This document shows positions 25,333 through 38,456 of a DNA stretch of 61,404 bases, piece after piece. How positions within the stretch are numbered: position 1 is the first letter of the stretch; each line of letters starts with the position of its first letter. The position numbers were made by a program, and so were the translations under genes. Location: assembly GCF_004010195.1 (NCBI RefSeq), contig NC_057719.1, positions 12,340,207-12,401,610 of the forward strand, read 5' to 3'. The notes under the pieces are model-generated. The model ran no database searches and was not told the DNA's origin. It worked only from the letters and a program-made list of their open reading frames with translations. Origin of the DNA: Chiloscyllium plagiosum. Taxonomy: Eukaryota.

Positions 25333-26780
25333 TAAGGTGAGAGTGACAGCCCATGATATCAAGGCCACATTTGACTAAGTGTGCCTTCAAGCCCTAACAA
25401 AACTGGAAACAATGGGTATTGGGGGGAAGTTCTCTGCTGATAAGAGTCATACCTGACACATAGGAGGAAGGTTGTTGGAGGTCAGTCATCTCAGCTCTAG
25501 GACACTTCTGCAGGAGTTCCTTACAGTAGTGTCCTCAGTTCAAAGATCTTCAGCTACTTCATCAATAACCTTCCTTCCATCATCAGGTCAGAAGTGGGGA
25601 TGATTGCAGTAAGTTCAGCACCATTCACAACTGCTCAACTACTGAAGCAGTCTATATTCAAATGCAACAAGACTTGGACAATGTCTAGACAAGTGGCAAG
25701 TAACATTTGCTCCACACAAATTCTAGACAATGACCGTCTTCAATAAATGACAATCTAACCACAACTACTTGACATTTAGTTGTGTTACCATCACTGGATC
25801 CCACACTATCATCCTGGGGGTTACCATTGACCAGAAACTCTGCTGGACTCACCACATAAACACAATGGCTACAACAGCAGTTCAGAGGCTAGGAATACTG
25901 CAGTAAGCAACTCACCTCCCGATTCCCCAAAGCCTGCCCAACATTTTCAGTTAGTCTAGGTGATTACTTACAGTGTGGAAACAGGCCCTTCGGCCCAACA
26001 AGTCCACACCAACCCGCCAAAGCGCAACCCACCCACACCCCTACATTTACCCCTTCACCTAACACTACGGGCAATTTAGCATGGCCAATTCACCTGACCT
26101 GCACATCTTTGGACTGTGGGAGGAAACCGGAGCACCCGGAGGAAACCCACGCAGACATGAGGAGAATGTGCAAACTCCACACAGTCAGTCGCCTGAGGAG
26201 GGAATTGAACCCGGGTCTCTGGCGCTGTGAGGCAGCAGTGCTAAACACTGTGCCACCTTGCTGCCCACCTGCATCTGCAACGTAAAGTCAGGAGTGTGAT
26301 GGAATACCCCGCTACTGCCCTAGATGGGAGCAGCTCCAACAACACTGATTGACACCATTCAGGACAAAGCGGTCTGTTTCATTGGCACTGTATCCACCAG
26401 AATCCACTCCCTCCACCACTGATGCTCAGTAGTAGCAGTGTGTACTATCTGCAAGATTGAGGACAGAAAATCATCAACATTCCATGGACACCACCTTCCA
26501 AACCATAGGAAGGTTAACCAGATACACGGGAACACCAGCATCTGCAAGTTTCCCTCCAAGCCATTTGCCATCCTGACTTAAAACTATATTGTCATTCCTT
26601 CACTGTCACTGGGTCAACATGCTAAAATTCCCTCCCTAAGGGCATTCTGGGTCAACCTAAAGCAGGTGGACTGCAGCAGTTCAAGAAGACAGCTCGGCCA
26701 TCACCTTCTCAAGGGTAGCTCAGGATGGGCAATAAATGCTAGCCAACTCGTGATGCCTTTGTCCCACAAGTGAATTATTA
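25333..26780 (+). mobile_element. Second LINE family (CR1/L2-group RT, clade uncertain), decayed, with an HE1 SINE inserted at ~25961-26267 (-)
   Basis: VTAHDIKATFD, SAGVP..SVLS, FINNLPSII motifs; 3' end ggatgggcaataaatgct; related minus-strand copies at ~28210-30950, ~35700-38270, ~45330-46050. Confidence 0.65.
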
Positions 26781-26879
26781 AAAATCACAAAACGCTAGAA
26801 TACAAGTTCAGAGGGTATTGGGGAAGGCATTGGAATATTGTTCTTTATTTCAAAGGAAATGGAATATAAAAATAGGAAA

Positions 26880-27235
26880 TCATAGAATCACTAAAATGAA
26901 GAAAGACATCATTCAGCCCACTGAGTCTGCACCAACCCTCTGAAGAGCACCCTACCTGGACCCAGACCCTCACCCTATCCCTGTAACACCACATTTACCA
27001 TGGCTAATCCACCTAGCTTGTATATTCCTGGACACCATGGGCAGTTGAGCATGGTCAATCCAACTAACCCACAAATTATTGGACTGTGGGAGGAAACCAG
27101 AGCACCCAGCGGAAATCCATGCAGACACAAGGAGAATGTACAAACTCCACACAGACAATTACCCAAGGCTGGAATCAAATCTGGGTCCATGGTGCTGTGA
27201 GGCAAGGTACTAACTACTGAGCCACTGTGCCATCC
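26880..27235 (-). mobile_element. HE1-type SINE, diverged
   Basis: Similar to 16523-16887 across head and V-domain. Confidence 0.72.
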
Positions 27236-27657
27236 AGAGCCTAAATACTGTGAATGGTTTGGTCCACTTATATAAGGAAAGACATATTGCACTGAATTCA
27301 GTCCACAGAAAGTTGACTGGTCTGATCCCAGGTATGGAGGAACTGTCTTATGTGGAGAGATTGAGTAGGTTGGACCTGTACTCATTGGAGTTTAGATGAT
27401 TGAGAAGCAACCTTATTGAAACACACCAGATTCTTGGGAATTTGACAGGGTGGATGAGGAAATGTTATTTCCCCGCTGCGGGAGGATTTAGAACCAGAGG
27501 GCATAGTCTTTGGGTGAGGGGTCACTCTGTTAAGACAGAAATGCGGAGGAATTTCCTCTCTCAGAGGAATTATTTTAAAATGTTCATTCATGGGACTTGG
27601 TTATCACTAGGTGGTCAGCGTTTGTTGTCAATCCTTAGTTGCCTTTGGCAAAATGGT

Positions 27658-27846
27658 TGAAACTTTATTGCTGGAACAGCACAGCAGGTCAGGCAGCATC
27701 CAGGGAACAGGAGATTCGACGTTTCGGGCACAGGCCCTTCTTCAGGAAAGTTTTTCTCCTGTTCCCTGGATGCTGCCTGACCTGCTGTGCTGTTCCAGCA
27801 ATAAAGTTTCAACTTTGATCTCCAGCATCTGCAGACCTCACTTTCT
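27658..27846. mobile_element. Fold-back PLE family B mini-insertion
   Basis: Inverted arms; 16-bp TSD CCTTTGGCAAAATGGT at 27642-27657 and 27847-27862. Confidence 0.82.
27715..27748 (-). ncRNA. Minimal hammerhead motif (PLE family B)
   Basis: Minus strand UUC-CUGAAGA-A-GGGC(CUGU)GCCC-GAA-ACGU-C^GAA. Confidence 0.72.
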
Positions 27847-27927
27847 CCTTTGGCAAAATGGTGGCTTGAGATGGAAATGTGTTGCTGGAAAAGCGCAGCA
27901 GGTCAGGCAGCATCTAGGGAACAGGAG

Positions 27928-27963
27928 AATCGACGTTTCGGGCATTAGCCCTTCTTCAGGAAT
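27928..27963 (-). ncRNA. Minimal hammerhead motif (PLE family B), second adjacent copy
   Basis: Minus strand AUUC-CUGAAGA-A-GGGC(UAAU)GCCC-GAA-ACGU-C^GAUU. Confidence 0.7.
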
Positions 27964-28518
27964 TGGTGGCTTCTTGAACTGCTGCAGTCCATGGATCTGT
28001 GAAATTCTTTACTCCAGAGGCCTTTAGAGGTTGGACCACTAAGTATATTCAAGGCTGGGATGGACAGATTTGTAATCAACAAGGACATAAAAGGTTGTGA
28101 GAAAATGGCAGAAGAGTGGAACTGAGGTGTCAGGTCAGCCATGATCTCACTGAATGGCAGTCAGGTTGAATGGCCTAATTCCTCTCCTACGCCTTATGCT
28201 CTGTTGCTGTTTTTTCCCCCTATGTGTTAAAGATCAGAGATTTAGAAGTACTGTTGAAAGATGCTTAGCAAATTGCTGCAGTGTATCTTGTATATGGTGC
28301 AATCTGCTGCCACCCTACACAGGTGCCAGCTAAGCAGATTAATTGTCCTGGATGGTGTTGAGTTTTGCTGAATATTCATTCAGGCAGGTAGCCAATATTA
28401 CATAATTTGTGCCTTGCAATTTGAAGAAAAGTTCTGGGGAGTCAGGAGATGAGTTACTTACCGTATATTATCTAGCCTCTTACCTGCTCTTATAGGCACC
28501 ATGCTTACGTAGCTGTTC

Positions 28519-29510
28519 CATAGTGTCATAGAGTCATAGAGATATGCAGCATGGAAAAAGACCCTTCAGTCCAACTCATCCATGCAAAATTAATCTAGTC
28601 CCATTTGCCAGCATTTGGCCCATATCACTCCAAACCCTTCCTATTCATATACCCATCCAGATGCCATTTAAATGTTGCAATTGTAGTAGCCTCCACCACT
28701 TCCTTTGGCAGCTCACTCAATACACGTACCACCCTCTGCATGAAAACGGTCCCTCTTATATCTTTCTCCTCTCACCTTAAACTTATGCCCTCTAGTTTTG
28801 GATTCCCCTACCCCAAGGAAAACACCTAGCATACTTACCCTATCTGTGCCCCTCATAATTTTATAAACCTCGATAAACCTCTGATGCCCCAGGGAAAGTA
28901 GCCCCAGTCTATAGCTCAAACCTTCCAACCCTGGCAATATCTTTTCTGAATCCTTTCAAGTTTCACAACATTCTTCCTATAGGAGGGAGACCAAAATTGC
29001 ACACAATATTCCAAAAGTGTCCTGTCCAGTTGTAAAATGACCTCCCAACTCCTATACTCAATGCACTGAGCAATAAAGGAAAGCATATCAAACACCTTCT
29101 TCATTATCCTATCTACCTGCATCTCCACTTTCAAGGAACTATGAATCTGCACTCCTAGGTCTCTTTGTTCAGCAATACTCCCCAAGACCTTACCATTAAG
29201 TGTATAAGTCCTGATTTGCCTTTCCAAAATGCATCACGTCACATTTATCTACATTAAACCCCATTTGCTTCTCCTCAGCCTATTGGGCCATCTGATCAAG
29301 ATCCCATTGTAATCTGAGGTAACCTTCTTTGCTGTCTGCTACACCTCCAATTTTAGTGTCATCTGCAAACTTACTAACCATACCTCCTATGTTCACATCC
29401 AAATCATTTATATAAATAAAAAAAAAAGCAGTGGACCCAGCACAAATTATTGTGGCACACTGCTGGTCACTGGCCTTCAGTCTAAAAAGCAACCCTCCCC
29501 TACCACCACC
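28519..29510 (-). mobile_element. CR1 LINE 3' fragment
   Basis: ORFs 28916..29227, 29280..29492 (FADDTKIGG). Confidence 0.85.
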
Positions 29511-29865
29511 ACCATTCAGTTAAGCTTCTGATAATAATGATCTCTAGAATGTTGCTATTTTGTTAATACAATTGAATTTTAAGAGAGATATTTAGACTTT
29601 TGCTTGTCAGAGATGGTCATTATCTGACACTTTGGTGCTGTATAAATTATTACCACTTATTATCCAAAGCTGGAATAAAGCCTGTCTAGTTCATGTTGCA
29701 TGTGGGCACTGGCTGCTTCAGTATCTGAAGAATTGCAAATGGAATTGAACACTGAAAACATCTCTATTTCTAACCAGCTGATAGCCAAAAAGTCATTGGG
29801 TGTGGCAGGTTAAGAAGTTGAGCCTGAGACAATGCCCTGAGGAACTCCTGCAATTGTGTCTTGGG

Positions 29866-30046
29866 GATGGGCTGATTGGCCTCCAAAAACCTCAAGGTCT
29901 TCTTTTTGTATTGGTTTTCCCCCTGATTTGAAACTTTATTGCTGGAACAGCACAGCAGGTCAGGCAGCATCCAGGGAACAGGAGATGGGCTGATTGGCCT
30001 CCAAAAACCTCAAGGTCTTCTTTTTGTATTGGTTTTCCCCCTGATT
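29866..30046. repeat. 63-bp exact direct duplication flanking a 55-bp PLE fragment
   Basis: 29866-29928 equals 29984-30046; insert 29929-29983. Confidence 0.9.
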
Positions 30047-32289
30047 CCCATCTACCTGACTTTTGCTTGGGCTTTTTGGTGCCACATTTTGTTAAATGCT
30101 TCCTTAATGACAAGGGCAGTCATTCTCACTTCAACTCTGGAGATTATCTCTCTCGTACATGTTTGGCCCTCAGCTGTAATAAGAAGAGGGCTCATGGAAG
30201 AACACAAATTGACCATTCATGGGCAGTTTGTGAGAGAGTAAGCCAATTACACAGTCTATAACTGTGCGAATGACTAAGAAGACACTGATGAGCCATTTAT
30301 AATTGGTTGTGCCTTTTGCAGAAAGCATGTACATGGGCAACTTTCTACTTGGTTGAGTAGATGCCAATGTTGGAACTGTCCTGGAACAACTAGGTTGGGG
30401 GCACAGCTAACTCTGGATAAATAGACTTCAGCATCAAGCTAGGATATTATCTGGGTCCATTGACTTTACTGTATCAAGTGCCTTTGGCTGTTCCTTGATA
30501 TCATGTGGAGAGAACCAAATTGGCTGAAGGCTTGAATTTCTGATGATGGGCATGTTGGGTGGAGGCTGAGCTGAATTATTCACTCAGCACTTGTGGCAGA
30601 AACTAGTTGCCGAGGCTTCAGCCTTCTCTTTTCTATTCAATACCGGGCTCCATCATCAATGAGAGTGGAAATATTCATTAAATCTCATCTTCCCATTAGA
30701 TGTTTAAATTATTACTGTATCATTACTTATGACCCGATGTTGTAGATAGCAGAATTTAGATCTGGTCCAATGCTTGGAGAAACCACATAGCTCTGTCCAC
30801 CAAATTTTGATTCCATTGTTTACTATGCAGTTAATTCTGTACTGTACCTTCTTCAGATTAGTATTTCATTTTGAGAACACTCTATACTGCTCCTGCCGTG
30901 CACTCCTGCATTCCCAAGGTAAATTACCTTACCAGATTAAGGGATCTGATGGGCATTAAGACTACAGATTGTGGCTGAAGACAGTTCCGCTGCTGCTGAC
31001 ATGATCTTTTTAAAATCTCTGCCATTTAGCAGGGTGGCAGTTCGAGACAACACAAGTCAATCTGTACTCAATCTGAAGACAGTACTTCATCACTCCGAGA
31101 AATGTGTGATGGTCATTCCAATCATTGCTGCTGTAATGAGATTTAAATTCATGTCTTTGGATCGTTCATCCAGTTCTCTGGAGTAGCCCAGTAATATAAC
31201 AATTGCTATATTATTTTTGATATTTGTGCATAGCAAGCACCCACAAACAATAATGTGATAACTAACTAATAGGTTATTGAGGGATGAATATCACTCATAA
31301 CATGCAGACCTCCCCTATTCTTCTTCAAATAGTGTCATGATATCTTATAAGTCCACCGATGAGGGCAGATAGGGTCTCGGTTTAACATCTAATCCAAAAA
31401 GTGCTAAATAAAGTGTTGTCTCAGTACTGGACAAGCTTTGGGTTATGTGCCCTAATATCTCTCATGTGACTTGATGACAGGTTTTATTCAACAATGCATC
31501 TGTGAAACAACTCGAGAGGCTTTATTAAATTATGGGTGGCCATCTAAATCAAAGTTGTTGTTGTAAGAATTTCAGAATTCCTTCTCAGACTTTTGTCATG
31601 CCCTCTGCCACTGCTTCTACTCCTTGTTGAGTTCGGATTCCCCTGATAATGATGACTTTCCACATACCTAGCTTGAGCTGCTGGCTATTTGTGTGAAGCC
31701 ATACAACTCATGTGAATCCTCTATTTGACTGGTGAGACTAGCCTGAGCTGAGCCTGGTCTCACAGCTATGTTACTTCCACTAGGAATCACTTCTTGCACT
31801 AGCTGAGGTTATCATAAAGGACCTGCTCTCACACCTCACCACTTGTCTGAGATGTGGTGACCCTCAGGTTAAACTCGCCACCAGTCGTCTCTCTTTCTCT
31901 CTCTCTGTCTCTTCAATGAGAGAGCAATCTGTTGGCCCTGTAGGGATATGGTGACTCTACTTTTGCTAGGGATCAGGAATGAATGAGTCAGAAATAAGAA
32001 ATCTGGTTGATATATCTTCTCTTAATAAACGGGATGCTGAACTCAACACTTCTGTCAACATTAAATCATTCAATGAACAAAAAAAAAGTTCAAGAAAATG
32101 ATAGTTTATATGTTGTGAGTAAAATGTAATCATTCAAAATCAAAACAGGAGGCCAGGGACCCATTTCAGCCCTTTGAGAAAGCTCTCCTTAATTTACCCT
32201 AACCATCTTTGCCTACCATCCCCCTTCCCTCATTTATGTTTGGGATGAGCAGTTAACCTAATTCCAACTGTTACCCAAAATCCAGTCTC

Positions 32290-32622
32290 CTTGCCGGGAG
32301 AGCAGTGCGTTTAATTCCAGATCACAAAACAGTGCAAGAGGTGGAGGGGAGGGAGAAGGGGGTGAAGCGCGTTTCGACAGGGCTCTGGTAGCGTGTGTTT
32401 TGTATTGTCCGGCTGCCCGTAGCCCGGGAGGTGGAATCCCGAATGTAGCAAATGTGTTGCGGAGGCAGGGGGGCGCAGGCGCAGTGCAGACACATCCGCT
32501 CCGTTAGTGCTAGCGGGGGCAGGCTGCTGGGGATTGCGTGTATCCAAGGGGCAACGGGAGGACGGGATAAGACCCTGCTTCAGGACCCCCACCCATTCAC
32601 TCAGCGGTTCTGCTGATAATCT
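32290..32622 (+). promoter_or_regulatory. ZNF410: Putative ZNF410 promoter and non-coding first exon (3' end 32622; TSS unknown)
   Basis: Only CpG/GC-rich unique patch upstream of the CDS; NRF1-like GCGCAGGCGCA at 32473-32483; GC-rich boxes; CT|gtaagt donor at 32623. Confidence 0.65.
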
Positions 32623-35321
32623 GTAAGTCTGTCCTGTCCTTCCTCTTTTAGCTTTCAATTCAGCTTAATGAGAGGGAACAATTGTTATTTTGTATATGTA
32701 TTGTTTTGTTTAATATTTAGAAACCATGTTTCAAAAGGTATTCCTTCTTTTTGAGATCTCGATTTATTTTGCCTCGACTACTGTAACTACATTTCTTTCT
32801 CCCCCAGAGTAGTGTCGAACCTCCTTCGTTAATCTCCTGCATGTGGGAAGTAAACTGGGGTTAATGGCAGAGAGAAGATGTACCAGGTATTTCAGGCCAT
32901 AGGGCCTGAGCCTTCCCTGCTTAGTATTTAGTACAGGTGGCCAGAGATTTTGGTACATTAAGGGGGATAAAAACTGCCCCCATGTCAGGTGGGACCATAG
33001 GTGGTTTAAAATAATTATTAAAAGAATTGGTGTGAGGGAAGCGGAAAGGAGAATTTGATTTCTGTGGGAGGAATGAGTTGTTAGGATCTGGTATATGCTC
33101 CCAAAGTCAGAGGAGGGAAGCAGATCTGTGAGGGACTTCAGAACAGATTAGTTGAGATCCTTGAGGTGCCAGCACTGACACAGTGGATCAGATGGCTTCC
33201 TGTTGCAATTTTAAATTCTATAAAAGGGGAGTACATTTTAAAAAAAATCAATCACAGTTTGCTATATTTGGTCAACCTGTTCAGATATGTTGTGACACAT
33301 GTCTGACACAGTTGGGACTTGAACCTAGGCCCATGGCCCATTACCATAGTGTCTCAATAATCCTTTGTAAGGTTTTTTAAAATGATCAATCTGTTCAGGG
33401 ATTTAATGATACTCCTTTGGAGAAGGTGGGACTTGAAACTGGTCTTCTGTCTCAGAGGTAGGGATCCTACAAGAGCCTCTCATTCATGAGGTATAGAATC
33501 TCTGACAAATACAATATTTAATGTCCACCCTAATGGCCTAAAGTGGTGGTGAGCTGCAAGATTTAGGTGCACCCACAATGTTGTTGGGGAGGCAATTCCA
33601 GGATTTTGACCTAGCCACAGTGAAAGTTTTTCTGGTGCCTATTTGTTGCTGGATGGTCTGTCCAATTTTGTTTATCTTTGACTTTTTAATAACATTTCAG
33701 AGGGCAGTTAAAAGTCAACTACAATGTGGGTTTGAAGCTACAGGCCAAACAGGGTGAGGATGGCAGACCTCCCTCCCTGAAGAGCGAGTGAACTAAATTG
33801 GTTTTTATGACAATCTGATGTTTTATGATCACTATTATTAAGCTTAGATTTTTATTCCAGATTTATTAGTTAATTTAAATTTCTGAAATTGCTATGTTGG
33901 TGTGTGTATATATATCTCTCTCTCTCTAGAACATCAGGATGAAAATGTTGAACAGGAAAAGACCAGTTTGTCCATGTGGCCTTTTCTTTTGTGTGATGAA
34001 TTCTTATTTGTCAGGTCAGATAAGTCCTCACATCTTTGGTGCCGTGTTCTTATTTGAAGATGTCAAAAAAATCAATTCAGAAAGTGTAAGTTTCAGAGCG
34101 TCCATTTATTCGAAGTCATTTCAGTCTTGTTCTCATTCATTCACTTGGGTGGGACCATTATTCCTCAGTTCATTTTGATCTTTGGTGTCTCCTTCAATAT
34201 CTCCCTCAGTGCTCCCTCCATATTGCATTGAGCATGTCAGCCTGGACTGCACAGTCAAGACTATGGAGGGGGGTTTGAATCCACAATTCACCATTACTTC
34301 AATGTGTCCTGTTGACATAGTGTCATCTCACTGCTTGATCTTGAGGATGTTGAAGGCATCTTAATAGAGCCCCAATCCTATCCTCATCAGTATCCACATA
34401 CAGAGGAACCTCGTCTACCTGGAAAATGTGGGTGGGGAGTATTTCATTTGTATTTGCATACAGATTGCTGAACGTTGATCAGAACTGTGGCACATGGCTC
34501 ATCTACTGCCCTTGCTGGCCCACCCCTTCCAAACATTAACCAGCTCACAATATGCTAATATACTCTTGTACTCCACTTGTTTGCTCTTTTTGAGGTCAGT
34601 AAACTGATTAGAAAATGAACTGGGGACTTTTCAAATTATTGTGATGACGGTGTTTTTCTTAAAAATGGACGAGAGGTGGGTATTTGCACAAATGTCCTCA
34701 TTTCATCTTTTAAAAAGTTTTGTAGCCAATTAATTACTTTTGAAGTGCAGTCCGTGTTGTGATGTAGGAAATGCAGCAGTCAATTTGCAAATGCAAAATC
34801 ACTCAAACAGGCTTGTATAATGACCAGATCAACTGTTTCGGTGTTGTTGATGTGTAAATATTGGCCAAAAAACTCGCCTACTCTTCTCTGCTAATGCCAT
34901 GGGATCTTTTGTATCCACTTGTGAGGAGAGACTGCCCTGGTTTAATCTCTCATCTGAAAGAGTGCACAGCAGTGTTCCCTTAATATTGCTTTGGGCATGT
35001 CAGCCTGGCTTGTGCAGTCAAGGCTGTGGATTCAAGCCCCACTCCATAATCTTCTAAGTCATTGATACCAATAGAATCATGGCCGATACTACTGTTTTGG
35101 GTCAGCTAGTTTGAGTGAAAATGCTGAGGCAACGAAGCAGAGTGGATTTTTTTTCTGAGAGTGGGGCTAAGTTGTGTTATTTAGGGTAGTCTCCAGGGAC
35201 TGTGCCATCCCTGATCTGTGAGTCAAGTGCTAATGCTAACATTACATGTCTTGAGAAGCATACTAAAACTCCAATTTGATTAAGTTTTATTTATTTAACG
35301 ATTTCTAATTTTCTGTTTCAG

Positions 35322-35399
35322 TGAGGGCACTTGAAGATCAGTAAAGTGTGTCAGTGCAAAGTAGCCTCACCGAAGAAATCACCTTCCTATATAATTGAG
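35322..35399 (+). other. ZNF410: Putative ZNF410 5' UTR exon (78 nt)
   Basis: Branch-like ttctaat at 35303-35309, ttttctgtttcag acceptor, GAG|gtaagg donor; unique sequence with no ATG. Confidence 0.6.
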
Positions 35400-35699
35400 G
35401 TAAGGGTTGCCTTTGAAAAAATTGTGTCCAAATCCAAAAGGATGTGATTTTAGATAACATACAGTGGACCCTGCATTACTCTGATATTATGGGGTGAATA
35501 CTTTGAAAGGAAAACATTGCAGTACCGTGCCGAAGCAGCAGGGAGTGAGACTAATTATTCAGATTTTTTAGAGGATTGCACAGGCTTGATGGTCTCATTG
35601 GACTCTGTGTGCAGTTGTTGAGTACTATATAGAGCGTTGCTCACCTTATTTAAGGAGCAATGTAAATGTGTTGGAAGTAGTTCAGAGAAGGTTTATTTT

Positions 35700-38270
35700 T
35701 TATTTATTCACTTGTGTGGCATGGCTGTTGCTGGCTGGGCCAGCACATATTGCCGGTCTCCACTTGCCCTCGAGAAGGTGATGGTGAGCTGCCTTCTTGA
35801 TCCACTGCAGGCCATGTGATATAGGTAGACCCATAATGCTCTCGGGGAAGGAAGTCAAGGACGGAGAAGGAATGGAGATATATTTCCCAGTCTGGGTAGT
35901 GAGTGGCTTGGAGAGGATCTTTCAGGTGGTGGTGTTCCCATGTATCTGCTGGCCTTGTCCTTCTAGATGGAAGTGATTGAGAGTTTTGGAATGTGCTAAG
36001 GATTTTGGTGATCTTTGCAGTTTTTCTTATAGCTCGTACTCATTGCAGCTACTAATTATTGGTAGTGGAGGGAATCATAGAATCCCTCCAGTGTGGAAAC
36101 AGGCCATTCAGCCCATCGAGTTGACACTGACCCTCTGAAGACCATTCCACCCAGACCACCCCCCACCAACCCTATCTCCATAGCCCTGTATATCCTATGG
36201 ATAATCCACTTAACCACATCTTTGGACTGTGGAAGGAAACGAACCCCACACAGACACGGGGTGAATGTGCAAGCTCCACATAGACAGTCATCTGGGGTGG
36301 AATGAACCCAGGTCCCTCATGCTGTGAGGCCGTCGTGCTAACCAGTGAGCCAACGTGCCCCCCCAAATGGATGCGTCTGGCTGTGGTGCCAGTCAAGTAG
36401 GCTACTTTGTCCTGGATGGTGTCAAGCGTCTTGAGTGTTGTTGGAGCTGCACCCACCCAGGCAAGTGGGGCATATTCCATCACACTCCTGATTGTGCCTT
36501 TTAGATGGTGGACAAGCTTTGGGAGTTAGGTGAGATACCTGCAGCAGTATTCCTAGCGTCTGACCTGTTCTTGTAACCATTCTGTTTGTGGTGAGTCCTC
36601 TAGAGTTTCTGGTCAATGGTCACCCCAAGATGTTGGTAATGAGGTATTCTGTGATGGTAATATGATTGAATTCAAGGGCTGGTGGTTAGAATGTCTGGCA
36701 TGTGTGGTCAAATGTTACTTGCCACTGTCAAACCAACCCTGGATGTTGTACAGATCTTGTTGCATTTGAATATGGACTGTGTCAGTATCTGATGTGTTGT
36801 GAATGGTGCTGAACATTGTGTAATCCTCAGCGAAAACCCCACTTCTGACCTTATGATGGAGGGAAGGTTACTGATGAAGCAGTTGAAGATGGTTGGGCCT
36901 AGGACACTATCCTGAGGAACTCCTGCAGAGATGTCCTGGTGCTGAGCTGACTAACCTCGAACAATTAAAACCATCTTTCAATGTGCCAAGTATGACTTCA
37001 ACCAGTGGATATTTTCTGCTGTGATACCCATTGATTCCAGCTTTATTAGGGCTTCTTGATGTTACACTCAATCAAATGTGTCCATGGTGTCAAGAGCTGT
37101 CACTCTCCCCTCACGCAATTGAACCAAGGCTGTAATGAGGTCAGAGCTGAGTGACTCTGGCAGAACCCAAACTGGGCGTCACTGAGCAGGCTATTGCTGA
37201 GCAGATGCTATTTGTTACCACTGTTGTTGACATATTCCATCACTTTACTGATAATGAAGAGTGGACTGATGGGGCGGTAATTAGCTAGGTTGGATTTGCC
37301 CTTTTTTTTTGTGTACAGGACATACTGGAGGAGAAAGTGAGGGCTGCAGACGTTGGAGATCAGAGCTGAAAATGTGTTGCTGGAAAAGCGCAGCAGGTCA
37401 GGCAGCATCCAAGGAACAGGAGAATCGACGTTTCGGGCATAAGCCCTTCTTTGATTTTCAATACTGTCGGGTAGATGAGAGTGTTGTCATTGTACTGGAA
37501 GAGCTTGGCCAGGGGAGCGGCAAGTTCTTGACCACAAGTCTTCATTATTAATGATGGAATGTTGCCAGGGCCTTTGCAATATCCAGTGTCTCAGACTGTT
37601 TCTTGATGTCATGCGGAATGAATTAAATTGGCTGAAGACTGATATCTGTAATGCTAGGGACCATTGATGGAGGCCGAGATGGATTATCTCGGTACTTCTG
37701 GCTGAAGATCGCTGCAAATGCTGAGTCTTATCTTTTGCCCTGAAATGCTGGACTCTTCCATCATTGAGGATTTGGATATTTGTGGAGCCGCCTCCTCCAG
37801 TGAGTTATTTAATTGTCCACCGCTATTTACGACTGAATGTGGCAAGTCTGTAGAGCTTAGCTTTGATTTGTTGGTTGTGGGATTACCTAGCTTTGTCTAT
37901 CACTTGCTGCTTGTGCTGTTTGATATGCAAGTAGTCCTGTTTGGTAGCTTCAATAGGTTGACCTCATCTTCAGGTCTGCCTGGTGCTACTCCTGGCATGC
38001 CTTCCTGCACTTTTCATTGAACCTTGCTTGATGTTAGTGGTTTAATGGTGGATATGCTGAGCCATGAGGTTACAGATTGTGCTAGAATACAATTCTGCTG
38101 TTGATATTCTAAAGCGTATCATGGATGCCCACTCTTGAGATCTGTTTGAAGTCTGTCCCATTTAGCACAATGATAGTGCCACAGCACATGATGGAGGGTA
38201 TTCTCAATGTGAAGGCTGGACTTTGCCTCCACAAGGACTGTGCGGTGGTCACTCTTACTGATACTGTCAT
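35700..38270 (-). mobile_element. Second LINE family copy, decayed, with SINE (~36075-36362) and PLE (~37328-37452) insertions
   Basis: LKTCGQELAAPLAKLFQY, NLANYRPISPLFIISKVME, MEYAPLAW in ORF track. Confidence 0.7.
37328..37452 (-). mobile_element. PLE family B terminal repeat fragment (ribozyme core truncated)
   Basis: Same sequence as 10556-10683 and 53673-53750. Confidence 0.75.
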
Positions 38271-38323
38271 GGATAGATTGCCTTCGGAGGAGAGGTTGGA
38301 CAAGCTAGGCTTGCATCCTTGAG

Positions 38324-38456
38324 CTTAAAACAATGACTGCAGATGCTGGAAACCAGATTCTGGATTAGAGTGGTGCTAGAAAAGCACAGCAGTTTTCTTG
38401 CTCCTCGGGTGCTGCCTAAACTGCTGTGCTTTTCCAACACCAATCTAATCCAGAAC
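38324..38456. mobile_element. Fold-back PLE mini-insertion lacking the ribozyme
   Basis: Inverted arms; 14-bp TSD CTTGCATCCTTGAG at 38310-38323 and 38457-38470. Confidence 0.8.

Noticed and set aside
35485..35496. CACCCCATAATA (minus strand), 11/12 match to the ZNF410 motif near its own UTR exon, suggesting autoregulation
   Set aside because: Single imperfect site; about 0.3 such matches are expected by chance in a window this size, and known ZNF410 targets use dense clusters
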